A stretch of DNA of 64,000 nucleotides, from positions 4,924,137 to 4,988,136 of the forward strand of contig CM082595.2 of NCBI GenBank assembly GCA_040954595.2. The letters run 5' to 3'. A model generated the notes under the pieces. The model did no database searches. It worked only from the letters and a program-made list of their open reading frames with translations, and was not told the DNA's origin. The stretch comes from Balanoglossus misakiensis (Eukaryota > Animalia > Hemichordata). Positions 26,301-39,700 of the stretch are shown piece by piece. A program made the position numbers and the translations under genes. Positions within the stretch are counted from its first letter, which is position 1. The number at the start of each line of letters is the position of its first letter.

Positions 26301-28678
26301 TTCGCCCTTGACCTTCAAATAACTAAGCCGTGGTGTCATTGAATGATAACTTTGTGTAGTGGCATGATGGAATGGGAGGGAGGGGGGGGGGGGGGGGATT
26401 TAAGCCACAACTTACTACACCATGCCATCAAATACATGTACATCCATCCATTCTGTGTATATTTTATCATGGCTTGTGATTTCTCTTAATCCTGTCTTTG
26501 TCTACATTTGACTAGTTGTGGTGAGAGGGGATGTCCCTGTGTACATGTACAGTGTTATTGTTAAGGGTGGAACCTAGGTAAACTCTACCGGGGTTTCCCA
26601 GTCATTTTACCATGGTTCCCCTAGGTGTACTAGTGGAGTAATATTATCAGGGTTCCCATATTATTTACCAGTGTTCCCTAAATCTTAGCAAAATCACTGA
26701 TGTATGATTGCATGTGGCCGTATCCTGTTGTATTTTGTTTTGTAATCTCACAGTGGAGTCTTCTTCTGTTCTTTTCACAGTGCAACTACGTTCTCGACAG
26801 AGACGAGCTTCTGGCTCTGCAGAAACCCGAGTATGACGTGATACTGTGCTTGAGTGTCACAAAATGGATTCATCTCAACTGGGGCGATGACGGTCTGAAG
26901 AGGATGTTCAAGAGAATCTACATGCAGCTCAAACCCGGGGGGAGGCTGGTGCTTGAACCGCAGATGTGGCAGACATATGCCAGAAAAAAGAAGCTCTCCG
27001 TAAGTGCAGGTTTCAACCCTTTTCACCACAATGGTTCAGTCCAAACCCATTGTTTTCTATGGTAAGGTTGGACCTCTAGAAAGGAAAATGGGGGGTTAAA
27101 GGTGTACGGTCACATGTGCATATTGAGCGACTGTCATCATGGAAAGATGAATTCTAGCCAATCGTAGATTTTTGCAGGAGGCCATGCAAAAAAAGCACGT
27201 CTTTTAACCATATATAGCTATACACGCTTGTATGTAAATTAGAGGTGACTGTATCCCTTTAACCCTTTCACCCTGTTTTCCTTTATTGTGGTCCAACTTT
27301 GCCATAGAAAACAATGGATTTGGACCAGACCATAGTAGTGAAAGGGTTAACCTAATTATACCATTTTCATTCCATTGTAACCAAATTGACCAAAATTGTT
27401 CTTGCTGCGTGTAAATAAATCTGGCTGGTATTTGGTAGACAAACGCCTGCAGTCTTTCATTGCAGAAAAACGTCTTACTGCGAGAAAACAGATTAAAACG
27501 GCCATCAATCTCTCAGATTTTCTGTTTCCAGTTTCACTGGAGGGTAAAGTGCAGCAGAGGCTATTCGTGCAGAAATGTAATCAATCATGTATTATGTCCC
27601 TTTCCAGGAAACTGTCTATCGCAATTATAAAGAGATCAAGTTGAGGCCAGGGCAGTTCACAGAGTACCTACTCTCTAAGGAGGTCGGGTTTTCAACCTGT
27701 GAGCTTATAGACACACCAGTCAATCCTGCTAAAGGTATGTACAAGTTATACACTTGGAGTTTTGTTCAAATTTCTACCTATGTAAGTTCCTCACTGTCGC
27801 ATACAAAGCATGTACATGTTGATTTAATCTGAAACAAGTCTGGATAAATTCCATATACACGCACACATTCCAAAGATTATATTGGGATAGCGTTCATATT
27901 TTCCCTCCCATGCTAGATAGCTATCAGGTTTTCACTGTTCATTGTAAAATCTGATAGTGGTACTACTGTAGTATACTAGACATATCCAATCAGTGAAACT
28001 GTCATTTCCTTGCTATTGAGATTGTGTTATGGAGTTGCATCATCACTGAATATAGGGGGTAAGGCTGCATCCTGCGTTGGATATATATCGAGTTTCAATG
28101 GGTGAGCAAATCCTTTTCAGAGCCACTACCCTGTGGATTAGATTTAGTACCCTAAAACGATTACTAGCTTAGCTGTACATAGTTTCAATGTCAGTGTTGA
28201 AGGTAAATATTATGTGCTACTGCTAGTGTGTCAGCTATGCCCAGTCATAAAAAGTACTATCTGGGGCTAGTGGATTTGCTCACCCCTGTACAATGTAGGT
28301 TTACTGTTCAGTATAACACAATGTGGTAGCAACAGCTCTGTCCGTAATAACCCATTTTATGTCAGTAAATTGTTAAATGCCTACAAGGTGTAATGGTGTA
28401 TTAATTAAACTTGAATGTTTTGTTTTGTTTCTGTAATTGAAGGATTTCGCAGACCCATCATGGTGTTCCGGAAAAGCAGCAAAGAGAGTCCCAAGATTCA
28501 TTCCACAGAAGAAGCCACCAGAGATCACAGCTCTGGGGAACACAAGAAGGCACATGAAGAGCGCCACCTGGAGTCATCAAGTAGTACAAAGCATGCTGTT
28601 GCTATGGAAACAGGCCGTAGTGGTGGTGAAGTTGAATCGAAGGATGGAAGTGACGAGATGATGAAAGTGGATAAATAA
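23308..28678 (+). CDS. MEPCE: 7SK snRNA methylphosphate capping enzyme (Bin3 family SAM methyltransferase)
   Basis: Exons 23308-24663, 26781-26999, 27608-27734, 28443-28678, phase-consistent. Motifs [74 protein letters not shown]. Confidence 0.95.
27014..27350. mobile_element. Cluster of TTAA-flanked MITEs: piggyBac-like (about 27017-27095 and 27263-27346) and Kolobok-like (about 27100-27258)
   Basis: ttaa-CCCTTTCAC...GTGAAAGGG-ttaa and ttaa-AGGTGTACGGTCAC...GTGACTGTATCCCT-ttaa. Related pieces at about 14560-14715, 25940-26031, 15990, 30120 and 45914. Confidence 0.7.
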
Positions 28679-29701
28679 CTGTTTCCGACAGTTGATAGAC
28701 CATTCGCTCTGACGAAAAGAGTATTGGACTTATTGTAGCACCTGAATGATGCAGATTATCATTCATGGTGTGCTTCGAGAAATACTGTACCCACCAGATG
28801 AAGTGTAGAGCCAAAAACTCTCCATGGACCGAAATTCCTACTTGTAGCAAATCGAAAATGATTCAGAAAATGTTTACATCTTATATTATGTGTGATACCA
28901 GTGAAGGAACATCAGTTATCAACTGGAAATTGAACAGACAGTCGAAAGCTGTCTTTTGCTCATATGCTATCGCAGACTCTTTCAAAACCTCAGCCCAGAG
29001 ATCATCACCGTGATCGACATGAATCGTTTTATTCCAACGTAGGCCAATATGCAAATATCTTTTGTCTTGTCACTCAGTCCTTGCATATCTTGACTTTGCT
29101 CTTTTTAACAGAGATATGCAAGCGACCCAGATCTAGGCTCTTGTAAGCCAACAATTAGTTCCACACATGTATGTGTCATCTTCTGGTTTCATGAACACAC
29201 AACACACAGACTCAATCGCCACAAGTTCCTGATTTAAAAGGTGCGCGATTTTGAAGTCAAACAAAGATGTCTTAAATGCTTTATAGACAAACTTTCAATG
29301 AGAGTCATCATTAGCATTCCTCACAAATCTTTTGCAGCTGAAAAAAACGTCTTCATGTTGGCAAGAGCATGAACACAGCTGACAGAATTTATGGAAAACT
29401 AGTAAAAGTTTACCTACAATCTCTGTTTCAAAATGAAACGCAACCTACTCAAATTGTACACACTTATGGCCATCATGCATTGACAAATCGGCAGTATTCA
29501 AGCATTCTCACCAAACCCCAGTGTACGTTCTGAGTTTGTGTGCGCATCCAAAATGCCCATGGAAAGTGTGAAGTTTCTGTGAAAACCTTCACTCCTTCAC
29601 ATTGTAAAGTTATTCGCTCCCCACGCTGCTGCAGAGTATTGATTATAAAATCTTTCTGATTCAAGCATTCTTGGATTCCACAGGAAGAGTTGTAGAATTA
29701 A

Positions 29702-29927
29702 AGGGAAGGGGTCGTCGCGCCGCGTGAGTGTCCTCCCTGATAAGAATATGCCCTCCCATACCAGCGCAAACACCACTGCAGTCGCCACGACCTGATATGA
29801 TCTTCAGTTGCTGTCATGCCAAGTCTATTGTACCGTTGGCTGCTTCGTTCATTCTAAGAATGATCTAATTTCAGGGATTTGTGGGTAGATTGTAAACAAA
29901 CAAACGAGGCGCGACGACCCCTCCGCT
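29702..29927. mobile_element. Kolobok-like MITE
   Basis: ttaa-AGGGAAGGGGTCGTCGCGCC...GGCGCGACGACCCCTCCGCT-ttaa: inverted termini with TTAA flanks. Confidence 0.75.
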
Positions 29928-31183
29928 TTAAAATTGACTTTTCCAAACTCTGCACAGTTACACTTGCCATAAATAATTACAGTACATCAAAGTCAATGGT
30001 GTATTAGCGCGGTCTAAAGAACATATGGTGGCGCACTTTTTTTCACGTGTGCCACCCACAGAAAATCTGTGATTGGCTGGATCTCAATTTGCCATGGTAA
30101 CTGTAGCTCATTTTCCAAAGGTGACCGTATACCTTTAATTAGGGTGTTTTCTTCAATTCCATCAACGAAGAATAGAAAGGCTTTGTCTTTAGAAAAACTA
30201 CATTTGCAGTATTCTTATATTTCAAACAAATGTAGTGACAGTTCATTTTTTGAAATCCACAGATTGTGGAAGACCTCCAAGGTTGCTATGATTTCTTATG
30301 CTTCAGAACAGAAGTCGAAAGAATTATTTCCAAACTTTTTTTGGAGAGATTTATCTTGTATTGGTACATTCGTAGTGGTAGTTATAAAACAGTTGTCTTT
30401 TCAATGATGCAGTCACTTTGGAATCCTTGCCATAAGTCTTTCAATGAAAAAAGTTTATTTTTGTACAAAACATGTACAGCAAGTCCCTTTATGGACTCGA
30501 TATTTAGTACTAAGATTTAAAACTTAACGAAAAAAACAGAAAAAACAAAACAGACATGAGTTATACTGAGTGTATCCATGTGATAGTTTATTTGGCATGT
30601 TTCATTTCCAAGTCTGGGGATGAAAGAAAGCTTGTGTAATGGTATGGTCCAAAATGGCTGCATAGGGTTCTCCAGATAGAGTTCTTCATTACAGATGTCA
30701 AAGGCAGTATTTGTATTTTGCATCTGGAATTTCATAGTCATTCACATTGACGAAACTTGTACTTGCAAAGAGCTGTTTGCAATGGTGTTTAAAGCCAATT
30801 ACATGTGGCCTGCTTGGCAGTGTGCATGTACAATTAAAAATCAACTTTCATTGAATTTTTTCGTCATCTGCAGAAATGTTATTTTGCAGTTGTCATGTCA
30901 GCTGTAAGCACTGTGTGTTGGTCGATGCAAATCAAGAGGCCACTGTTTATGTTTGGTGTCAATTGTATCTGTAACATCACAACAATTTATTTCATGTTGA
31001 ATACAGTCAGAAAGGGCAGGATACATCTTCAACAGCAGTCTTCATATATATATAATTGGCTTTGCTTGTTGTTCAGTTCCGTATTGGTTTACACTCATCA
31101 ATACTGACAAAATGCAGTAAAAGTAATTGAATCAAAAATCCTTGTCCGATGTAGAGTTGATTCACTCATGAAAATCAGTTTTG

Positions 31184-31198
31184 CCACTTGGGGGCGCT
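31184..31198 (+). promoter_or_regulatory. CTCF-like motif
   Basis: CCACTTGGGGGCGCT resembles the CTCF core. It lies between MEPCE and the GPCR locus. Confidence 0.35.
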
Positions 31199-32005
31199 GT
31201 GTGTTTTTCCGTCATCCGGGGTACTGAGACAAAAATTTCAGTATAAGAACTTCTTATAGCTTGAGAAAATCACCATCTATTGTACTGAGAATGAAACGAG
31301 CAACAGTTTACATGAAAATCCTAGTATGGGAAACTACTTCAGAAGTCCGAGTGTTCATTAGCAACCCATGTTAAAGTATTGACAATGATGGGGGGGGGGG
31401 GGGTCTAAATACAGTATACAGGATTATAGCAAGTCTTTCAGTATTGATACTAACAGTCATGGAGTTAGTTTAAATTCCAACAAACTAAGTAGAGGTTTGA
31501 AAATGGCTAACCATGCTTGATTTTTGGGTAAGAGTAAGTCACTGTGATCGCCCTCTTTCGGGTTGCGCGGAGATGCGTTTGTTTACTATTATCGTGCAAG
31601 TCGCTAGATGGCGTAAGGAATATGGCTAGGGCAATCTGATTAAAATCAGATGTAGGGAAACTTGACTACCGTAAAACACAGTGGCAAAGTGAATTTAGCG
31701 GTCCCCACATCCGGTGTAAATTGTCGTCTGGTTATCCACCCTGCGCAGTCACTGACACAGCGGCCGTCTACTCAATCATCAAGGAGGGAAAGGAGATCAA
31801 GTATTATATCGTGACGTCACACCCTCTCAACCATTTGTCTTACAAAACAACCATCTCCATTTGCAACGATCACCGCCATCATTAAATTGAGCGGATCCAA
31901 TTATTCGTTTGTGAATGACCGGAAGGGTAGTTAAGCATATACTACTAGTATTTGAGTCACACAGATTACTATCCGAGGAGTTTACGCTGTACTCAGGGAT
32001 AATAA

Positions 32006-32114
32006 GGGACCGTTCAGTTTTTACGGCCGGGGGGGGGGGGTCGGCCTGATTTTGAAAACCGATGACACGAACTTGCCGCCCCCCCCCCCCCGGCCGTAAA
32101 AACTGAACGGTCCC
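32006..32114. mobile_element. PIF/Harbinger-type MITE (109 bp)
   Basis: Perfect TIR GGGACCGTTCAGTTTTTACGGCCGGGG...CCCCGGCCGTAAAAACTGAACGGTCCC with TAA target-site duplication. Confidence 0.85.
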
Positions 32115-32389
32115 TAACAACAACACTTACAGATAGGATATAAAGCCAAGTTCCCACTTGTTGCAACAACGTTGTATAAAGATAGGATAAGCCTCTTTTC
32201 GATTTTAAATATTCATGCCTGCTTAATGTCAATACTTGAATATGCAACGGCAGGGAACTCTTTTATTCCGTCGCCGACAAGTGTCACCTTGATGGAATAA
32301 TATGTGAGATTCTGGACGAGCCTGGACGCTCTGAAGAGTCTGTCGCGCATTGATCATTGTGGTGATAAGCTGCGTGATGTGTCTTCAAT

Positions 32390-32556
32390 ATAAAAGCCTA
32401 TTGTTGGGCGATGCGAGGGAAGTGGCCGTGATTTATCTGACATTCACCGGGCCCACCGCGTGACTTACTACCCTGGGAGCGAATGACGCTCTGCTGTCTT
32501 CGCGGTAACAATACAGTATAAGCTAATACAGTATAAGCAAATTTATCGAGGTAAGT
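32390..32556 (+). promoter_or_regulatory. TATA box and candidate non-coding first exon of the GPCR gene
   Basis: TATAAAAG at about 32390 and a strong donor GAG|GTAAGT at 32550/32551. The GPCR coding exon has an acceptor at 34621. Confidence 0.4.
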
Positions 32557-32967
32557 CCTTGTATATCTAAGTAGGTGGATAGTCATTGGGTTTAAGACAA
32601 GATACTAGCGACGTTTACCTCGAAGGAATAAATCAAAATCATATCAAGGAGAAACGCGTTTGTGAGTTCTTCCCATGAATGATTTATGTGTTAAACAGAT
32701 GGCACAGAAACGTGTATTAAACCCCCTTCTGTGTTAGACTAGTGTTGTATTGGGCGAAATCCTTGTCTTTGTCACTATGTACACAGAAAATAAAACAAAG
32801 AAACCAATATATTCGTAGAAAAATCTTTAAGCTATGTAACACGAGTTTTAAGATGATATGGAAGTTACATGAAATTAGTGTGGATCTTAATTCTTGCTTT
32901 CGTGTTTTTTTTTCGTGATTTTATTTGATGACATTTATCCAAAAGTTAAGGATAGTCACATTGTTAA

Positions 32968-32979
32968 CTCTCTCTCTCT

Positions 32980-33019
<40 letters not shown>

Positions 33020-33052
33020 TCTCTCTCTCTTGCTCTCTCTCTCTCTCTCTCT
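32968..33052. repeat. (CT)n microsatellite
   Basis: Imperfect tandem ct run. Confidence 0.9.
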
Positions 33053-34623
33053 TGTAAATCTTTCTGTTTAGTTTGTCGGCCTCTCATTGCGTTTCAAGAT
33101 TCCCCCTTACAACACTGTAAAATGCGGTGATGCGACATTTACAAATACGTTTCTTTTGCACTATGTAGCTTATTTCTCTTTTACGTCCATGACGTCATTT
33201 TGTTAGTAACATTTACCGTCTTAGAATTATCCCTGTTGCTTGCAGAAACTGCATTTAGCTGAATTTTGATGATTATCAGACTTCAATATCCGTTCGGGCA
33301 GATTCCACTTAGGTTTGTCATTGCCTCAATGTTGGGTCGATGACGATCGATGTCGTGTTATGAACCGGGGTCTCCGACGGAGGTTCCCGCATAATACGCT
33401 TCCCCCGATAGGATCTGAAATTAGAATCTGCCATCTCCACAGGTTGCGGGAGATTATCAGAAACGGAGCTGGGATGTGCGATTTTATTCAAGCGTTCCTA
33501 TTACCTGTTTACACTGACTCAATCCTCTCAACACAACCCGCCCCCGGTTCACGAATTTCCGAGCAATGTACCTGACATTTTGTGATGTGATGTGGTTTCA
33601 TTCGAGCAGACAATTTTTCAAACTTCAGTTTGACATTCTGCCTGGCGACTGCATCCGGACCGATTTCAGAATAATGTGATTTCAGACCAGCGGTCGGTAC
33701 AATAATCTGTAGGGCATAATGTTCAGTCTTACCTATTCAACACTCACCAAAACCATATTTTGAAGGGAAAGTACACGTCACTGTTAGATTAGCCGCATCA
33801 TGTTCCCTGTGACTCCAGGCTTGTAATTCAAGTGAACCTTCTACAACAATTATATATAGTCGATCTGGGTATTATGACTCTACTTTTCAACCATGATTTC
33901 TGTAGCGTGCCTCGCCTCATGGCATTCACGGTGTAATTTTCTGTAGATTAAATTCACCAGGTATATTTTCCGGGTTTACCTTATCTTGAAGGATGCACTT
34001 GCGTCTTACCGACGCAACAACAATGATCTGCATCACGCTGGACTGGACTTGCCCTAGTTTGAGCGGAAGGAGACCCCCCCCCCCCCCATCTAGCAAAGCT
34101 ACAATCTTTCCACAAGCTTAAGGCTATACAAAAGTACAGCCTGAATAGGGAAACTCAAACAAAATATGAATAAATATGTCTTAGTGTAGTGAATAAAAAA
34201 ACGCCGACTTCATGATTTTATTTTAACTTAGACTTAAGCTTACTGTTAGGTATACGTGGGCATCTTATCGGAGTCGACGACCGATTGTGGCTGTATATGT
34301 TGCTGAGTTTGAACACGCTATATATTAAACGGGTGCCGCACCCATTTAATTGGCCTCCATACAACGAGTAAAAACTATCGTGGTACATGTGTCGCCAAGA
34401 GATTGCAAACTGATGCATATACCAATTGGCTTAGGCTAATGGTGATAATTCTATTATAAAAGGCTAGGGAGAAGATTTGAAGTATTTTATTGTGGAAAAA
34501 ATATCAGAAATTTGGCAATGCTATAAGACTTAATGCTCATCTGCCTTTGGTTGGCTTCAGTTAGGCGTGCATGCACTAGCACGACTTATTTTTCTTACTG
34601 TAGGCCTAATTTTCGTTTCAGAA

Positions 34624-35841
34624 ATGATTATCCTGGCGGTTTTGTATACGGTGGTGTGTCTGGCCGGAATTGTTGGCAACGGGGTTGCGCTGGCGGTGTA
34701 CGTCAGAAAGAAGAAGAGACCGACGCCCCAGTATTTCATCATCGGTCTGGCCATCATCGACTTCTTCGTCTGCCTGGTCATCATGCCGTACGGAATCTTC
34801 GCCGTCATATACCCTTCGATACTGATCACACAACTGTGCAAGTTGATGTCGTGGCTATGGCACGCTAGCATCAGCAGTTCCATCTTCATCACAGCTGCCA
34901 TCGCCGTCGACAGGTACTTCGCCGTCTGCAAACCTCTCATATTTCGAGTGAGTCCCTCGTACGCGCGGGTTATCATCGTCGCCTCCATGATCATCTCTCT
35001 CCTTTTGAGCGCACCTGTTCTGATACACTTCGGGATCGTCTACACGGCCAACAATTCGAGCCTCGCCAACGCGACCACCTACTCGAAAGCGTGCACGGCG
35101 GTCGACCCGGGCTACGCCGGCGTCAACATCTACGCCGTGATCATCTTCATCATGCTGATAACGTTAGTCAGTGTCGCCTACGGCAGCGTGTACACCACGC
35201 TGCGCAGACGAGCGAGCGTCGGGGTTTTCGTTCAAGAAGACGGCGAGCGGAAGGCCACGGTGTCTACCATCGAGAACGCCAGCAGCGGCACGAATTCGAC
35301 AGACAGAGCATCAACAAGTGTCAACCGAAAACACGGGGAGGGCGCCTGGAACTCCGCGAAAGGGACAAGAAACAAGCGAACGCAAGTTTCTGGTGAAAAT
35401 ATCGAAGACATCCGGCCCGATATAGTTAACAGTTTACCGACAGGTAACAGGAAAACGTGTTGCGGCTTGTGGAAGGGGAACACAGCAGACATAAACCAAA
35501 GTAACCCGTCCGGACACCACTCTCGCAACAACGACATCTCATCTTGCGTGGAAACCACCCTACATGCCCAAAAACGCACCCTTGATGACGTCAAAAACAA
35601 AACTGCTAAAATGCTTCTGCTAGTGACAATTACATTTATAGCATCGTGGGCGCCATATTGGATACTGGTCTTTTTACCAGCCTCGTTCTGGGACACGAGG
35701 TCTCCATTTGAATTACAATTTTACAATTTTCTGAAGTATTTTTACGTCATCAACAACGCGATAAACCCGATAATTTACAGTTTTGTCAACAAAAAGTTCC
35801 GACATGACTCATTTGCCTTATTTAAGAAATGTTTCAACTGA
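34624..35841 (+). CDS. Class A (rhodopsin-like) GPCR, orphan peptide-receptor-like, single coding exon
   Basis: Seven hydrophobic segments. GN in TM1, LAIID in TM2, AVDRY, FIASWAPYW in TM6, NNAINPIIYSF in TM7, long ICL3. The ATG at 34624 follows acceptor ctaattttcgtttcag; the ORF track's GTG start at 34567 is probably intronic. Confidence 0.92.
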   Translation: MIILAVLYTVVCLAGIVGNGVALAVYVRKKKRPTPQYFIIGLAIIDFFVCLVIMPYGIFAVIYPSILITQLCKLMSWLWHASISSSIFITAAIAVDRYFAVCKPLIFRVSPSYARVIIVASMIISLLLSAPVLIHFGIVYTANNSSLANATTYSKACTAVDPGYAGVNIYAVIIFIMLITLVSVAYGSVYTTLRRRASVGVFVQEDGERKATVSTIENASSGTNSTDRASTSVNRKHGEGAWNSAKGTRNKRTQVSGENIEDIRPDIVNSLPTGNRKTCCGLWKGNTADINQSNPSGHHSRNNDISSCVETTLHAQKRTLDDVKNKTAKMLLLVTITFIASWAPYWILVFLPASFWDTRSPFELQFYNFLKYFYVINNAINPIIYSFVNKKFRHDSFALFKKCFN

Positions 35842-36744
35842 AAACGTGGCATTTTAATTTAAAGTTTTTCAGCCGTAGATTTGATCATGACTTCTGATTG
35901 GAACAGAATAATTTGCCCGTAGCTACAACTAGCCGATTCACCTGAAATTCACCTCTGAGTGAATTTCATATTACATGTTCTGTCATAAAAGATGACAGAT
36001 ATACGCATACTATTAGAATGCCAATTCTGTAGTGTATGTTTCCATAAGACTGTCGGAATTAATATTTATTTGATATTTCCATGATTTTTGTACATAGTTA
36101 AAACAAAAAAATAGACATAGCCTAACAAACTGTTTTGTTACAGTGATTACTTTCAATATAAAGTAAATTTATATTTTATGGGGTAAGAACTTCGTTGAAC
36201 ATTTTGGATAAAAACATGACTTGGTATTTCTATTCAAAGACCTGCTTGATCCACGGAATTATATATTTAAATATGTGGTACGGTGGCCTTATATTTGTAC
36301 ATGTATGTATGTTTTCATTATACCTAAAAAGATATCATATAACATGATAAAATATCATACGCCTTGCGTGGGAGAGTAATAGAGACAATGAACTTGAGTT
36401 CAACTTGGAAAGTCAAATATCCAGCTGCGCTATATTTATCACAACAAGAGCGCCCAGGGCAAAGCGCTGTTGTTTTATAATTCTCTGAAATGACGTTCAA
36501 TCAATACAGACCTTTCGAATTTACCTTGGGGGAACGTCGACTTGGTTTTTTAGTGAGACAGTGTACTTTTGCAAAATGGTGTTGCACAAAGAGGTTATAC
36601 TCAGTATTTCTGGCCATTTTGGAAACGTTTACATGATTGTAAAGTTTTGATAATGTATTTTTGTAACTGCATTTCAGTATTGTTATTAAATGTACAGTTG
36701 AAAAATTCCCAACATTTTCCTGATCCTTCCACATATTTTGATTC

Positions 36745-36745
36745 T

Positions 36746-36789
<44 letters not shown>

Positions 36790-36790
36790 G
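36745..36790. repeat. (TTG)n microsatellite
   Basis: About 15 tandem ttg units. Confidence 0.9.
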
Positions 36791-39700
36791 AAATTTCAGA
36801 CAATGATTGTTCACTCAGAGTCACGTGGTACGCCGTGTGGATTAGAAAAAAAAATCGAGAGTCTTAAAGCTTGTCGACACTCGGCGACAGATGAGCAAAA
36901 CAAGATTACACCCTGGCTCTTGTGAAAAAGCTTGTGCCTTCTATTATCCTGGTCTACTTGAGGTATCAGTGAGTGTAGAATGTCCTTGTTTGTCAAACGA
37001 TAATCCAAGAGTGGACGCTTGACACATCATGCACCGATTTGTGGGAAATTGACCTTAGATGATGACGCCCACAACACAGAACAGAAAATCACATTTTTAG
37101 AAAATAAGATATTATCACAAATGTTTTCAATGAGCGATACTCGCGCCTTGATTATTGCTAAAGTGTTGTTGTTGTTGTTGTTGTTTGCTGTAAATATTAG
37201 CTGTATTCTCCTTACCACATCGTCGCAAACCACGGCCCTTTTACGGCAGCGCTCTATTTCGATAGTGAAACGAAAGAAATCCGTAGTCTGGTGGGGCGAG
37301 AATGCCTTACCATCTCACACAGTGCACTGGGACAACACGTAAAATAATACAAGGCCCAATACCGTAGAATAACACGCATGGAAGGCATGTTATCGCAAAC
37401 CCGTTTCATACCTCAGGCGGCATTTTGTTGTGTCGTCCTAGATCCGTCTCATCTCATGCAATCAGCTCAGTTCCTCCTCCACCCCCGACGTATTTGCCCG
37501 AAAGCGTTTCCACGAATTTTCAGTTTGTATTAACATTAACGGAAACCCGTGCATCAGACCCTTTATGTGTGTTTGAGTACAGCTTTCACTGATCGTTCTA
37601 ATAATGTTTTGAAACATTGTTTCCTTCCCCCAAAGCTAGTTTATCCCGTCATACAGTGATATTCGAACGCTGGAATACTATAGCAATCAAGTATGTTGTG
37701 TATTTCTACACGTTTTGTTTAAAAACACGGGTGATATACTACGATGGTTCGAACCACAGATCAAAATATGACATCACAACACAAACAATGACAAAGGCCC
37801 AATCATCACCATTCAAGGTAACGAAATGGCCATGTCTTACAAACAATTCGAAAATAGAAACACGACAATTAAGGCCTACAGTATAATAAGCCTTGAGTGT
37901 CAAATAACCCACGTCACAATTTTTCTCCCTGGGGTTTTGGAGTATAAAATGTTTTCCGACTCCCACCCATATCCGTAAAACCTTTACCAAAGCCTACAAA
38001 AACAGTGGTTATGCAGAGTATGTGTTACAAAAACGGATATTACTCGGATATTCTTCAATTCGGATTTTAATCGAAAGGACATTGCCGGAAATGTCAGATC
38101 GGAACTAGTACTTAACTGTTGACAAAAGGTCGGTGATAAGAAGCATAGAAGATGAAAGGTTATGGCTCCATACAACTTTATTACGAGCTGAAGTCAAGTG
38201 GTTACTGTATAACGGATTTTAATTTAGTAACTTTTGGTGGTGGTGTGGTGCCTGGTGGTTTAACTGTTGATGAAGTTATCAATGTTTTCCACATTTAAGC
38301 CTTCGAACTTTTGAATATCCCCAAATCTTTTGAATTTCATATCATCACGTGCTTCTGTCTCATCAACCGCATTTATTGTCTCACTTGTGTACATTATAAA
38401 ACTACATACATGTTCAACCATGCACTTTAGATGTGCTTATCTTGGATGCGAATTAGTGCTCATTGTATAATTATAGTTTTTGTCTCGTGACGTGCAGAGT
38501 GGACTATATTAATATTAATTAATTCCTAACAATGTCTCGGCAAACGTGCCATTCCGTAATGAATGCCAGTGCTACAGGCAGCATATTTAATGTTTAAACT
38601 TAAGTTGACTGAACAATTACTAAATGTCGCAGTATTCATTATTTGTCCATAATTGACACGATATACTTGGGTTAGGATGAGATGATGGACTAAGCGCCTT
38701 AAGCTTGATTAAAATGGGATTATTCTAGGAGATGAGCGGATGGAGATGACGCATAAAGTAATCTGGGTCTCACTGCCTTGGTTTTTTTCTTGTGGATTGA
38801 GTTTCTGCTCATTTGGCGATCACGCGAGACTTGGTTAATTACCGTAGCAACGGGTTGCTGGGCAAGTAATACGAGTCAGGCTTTGTATGAAACTATAATA
38901 GGGGCGGAGTTTAACAACAAATCGTGACTTTTTGTTTTGTTGAACACGATAGGCCACGTGTTGTTTGTCCTGTGTCGCACGCGAATATCCTGATTTAAAC
39001 TTGTGACTTTCCATCTGGGCAGGGGGACCGGGTTATGGTACGTTGTATAATGTATTTGAACACTACATGTACATGTACTTTTGATGGAGAGTCACATATT
39101 TTCGGGCGGAGACTATTTTGACATATTGAAATCAAAGGTGACCGTGAACGTTCAACGTGAGAGCTGTAAGGGTTATCTGTAACAGATAATGTGCGAATGC
39201 AGTACAGTCGTTCATATTGAACGACACGAGGGCCTTGGGCTTGAGTGGAATTCAATATCTGAACGATTGCACTCCACTCGTACAGTATCCGTCTTACAAT
39301 ACGAAGTATTATACACCACCTGTAGTCTTTGCATGCTAAACACGTTCTCAATCACGCCAACCAATCACAAGCTTCACAAAATGCACCTGGTGAATGACAC
39401 ATTTCGATTGAATAGTTGTCAGCAGGTTCATTTGTCAGATGGTCAATGAGGCGCCATTGTCATCATTCGAAAATCAATCTTTGACGTACAAACAACATGG
39501 CTGAAAGCAATGACAACAACGACCTATTCATTCCCCAGAGCATTTTCCGACAACCAAGTGAAAGTGAAGGTCATGACTGTGCCGAATGGACTAGATTTTC
39601 CGTCATTCTGGTAGTCTCGTTCACGAAAATGTACATAAACCATCGGTCGTGTAAAATGACGACGAAAATCGAGGGTGCCTTTTCTGGCGACTAGCAGCCT

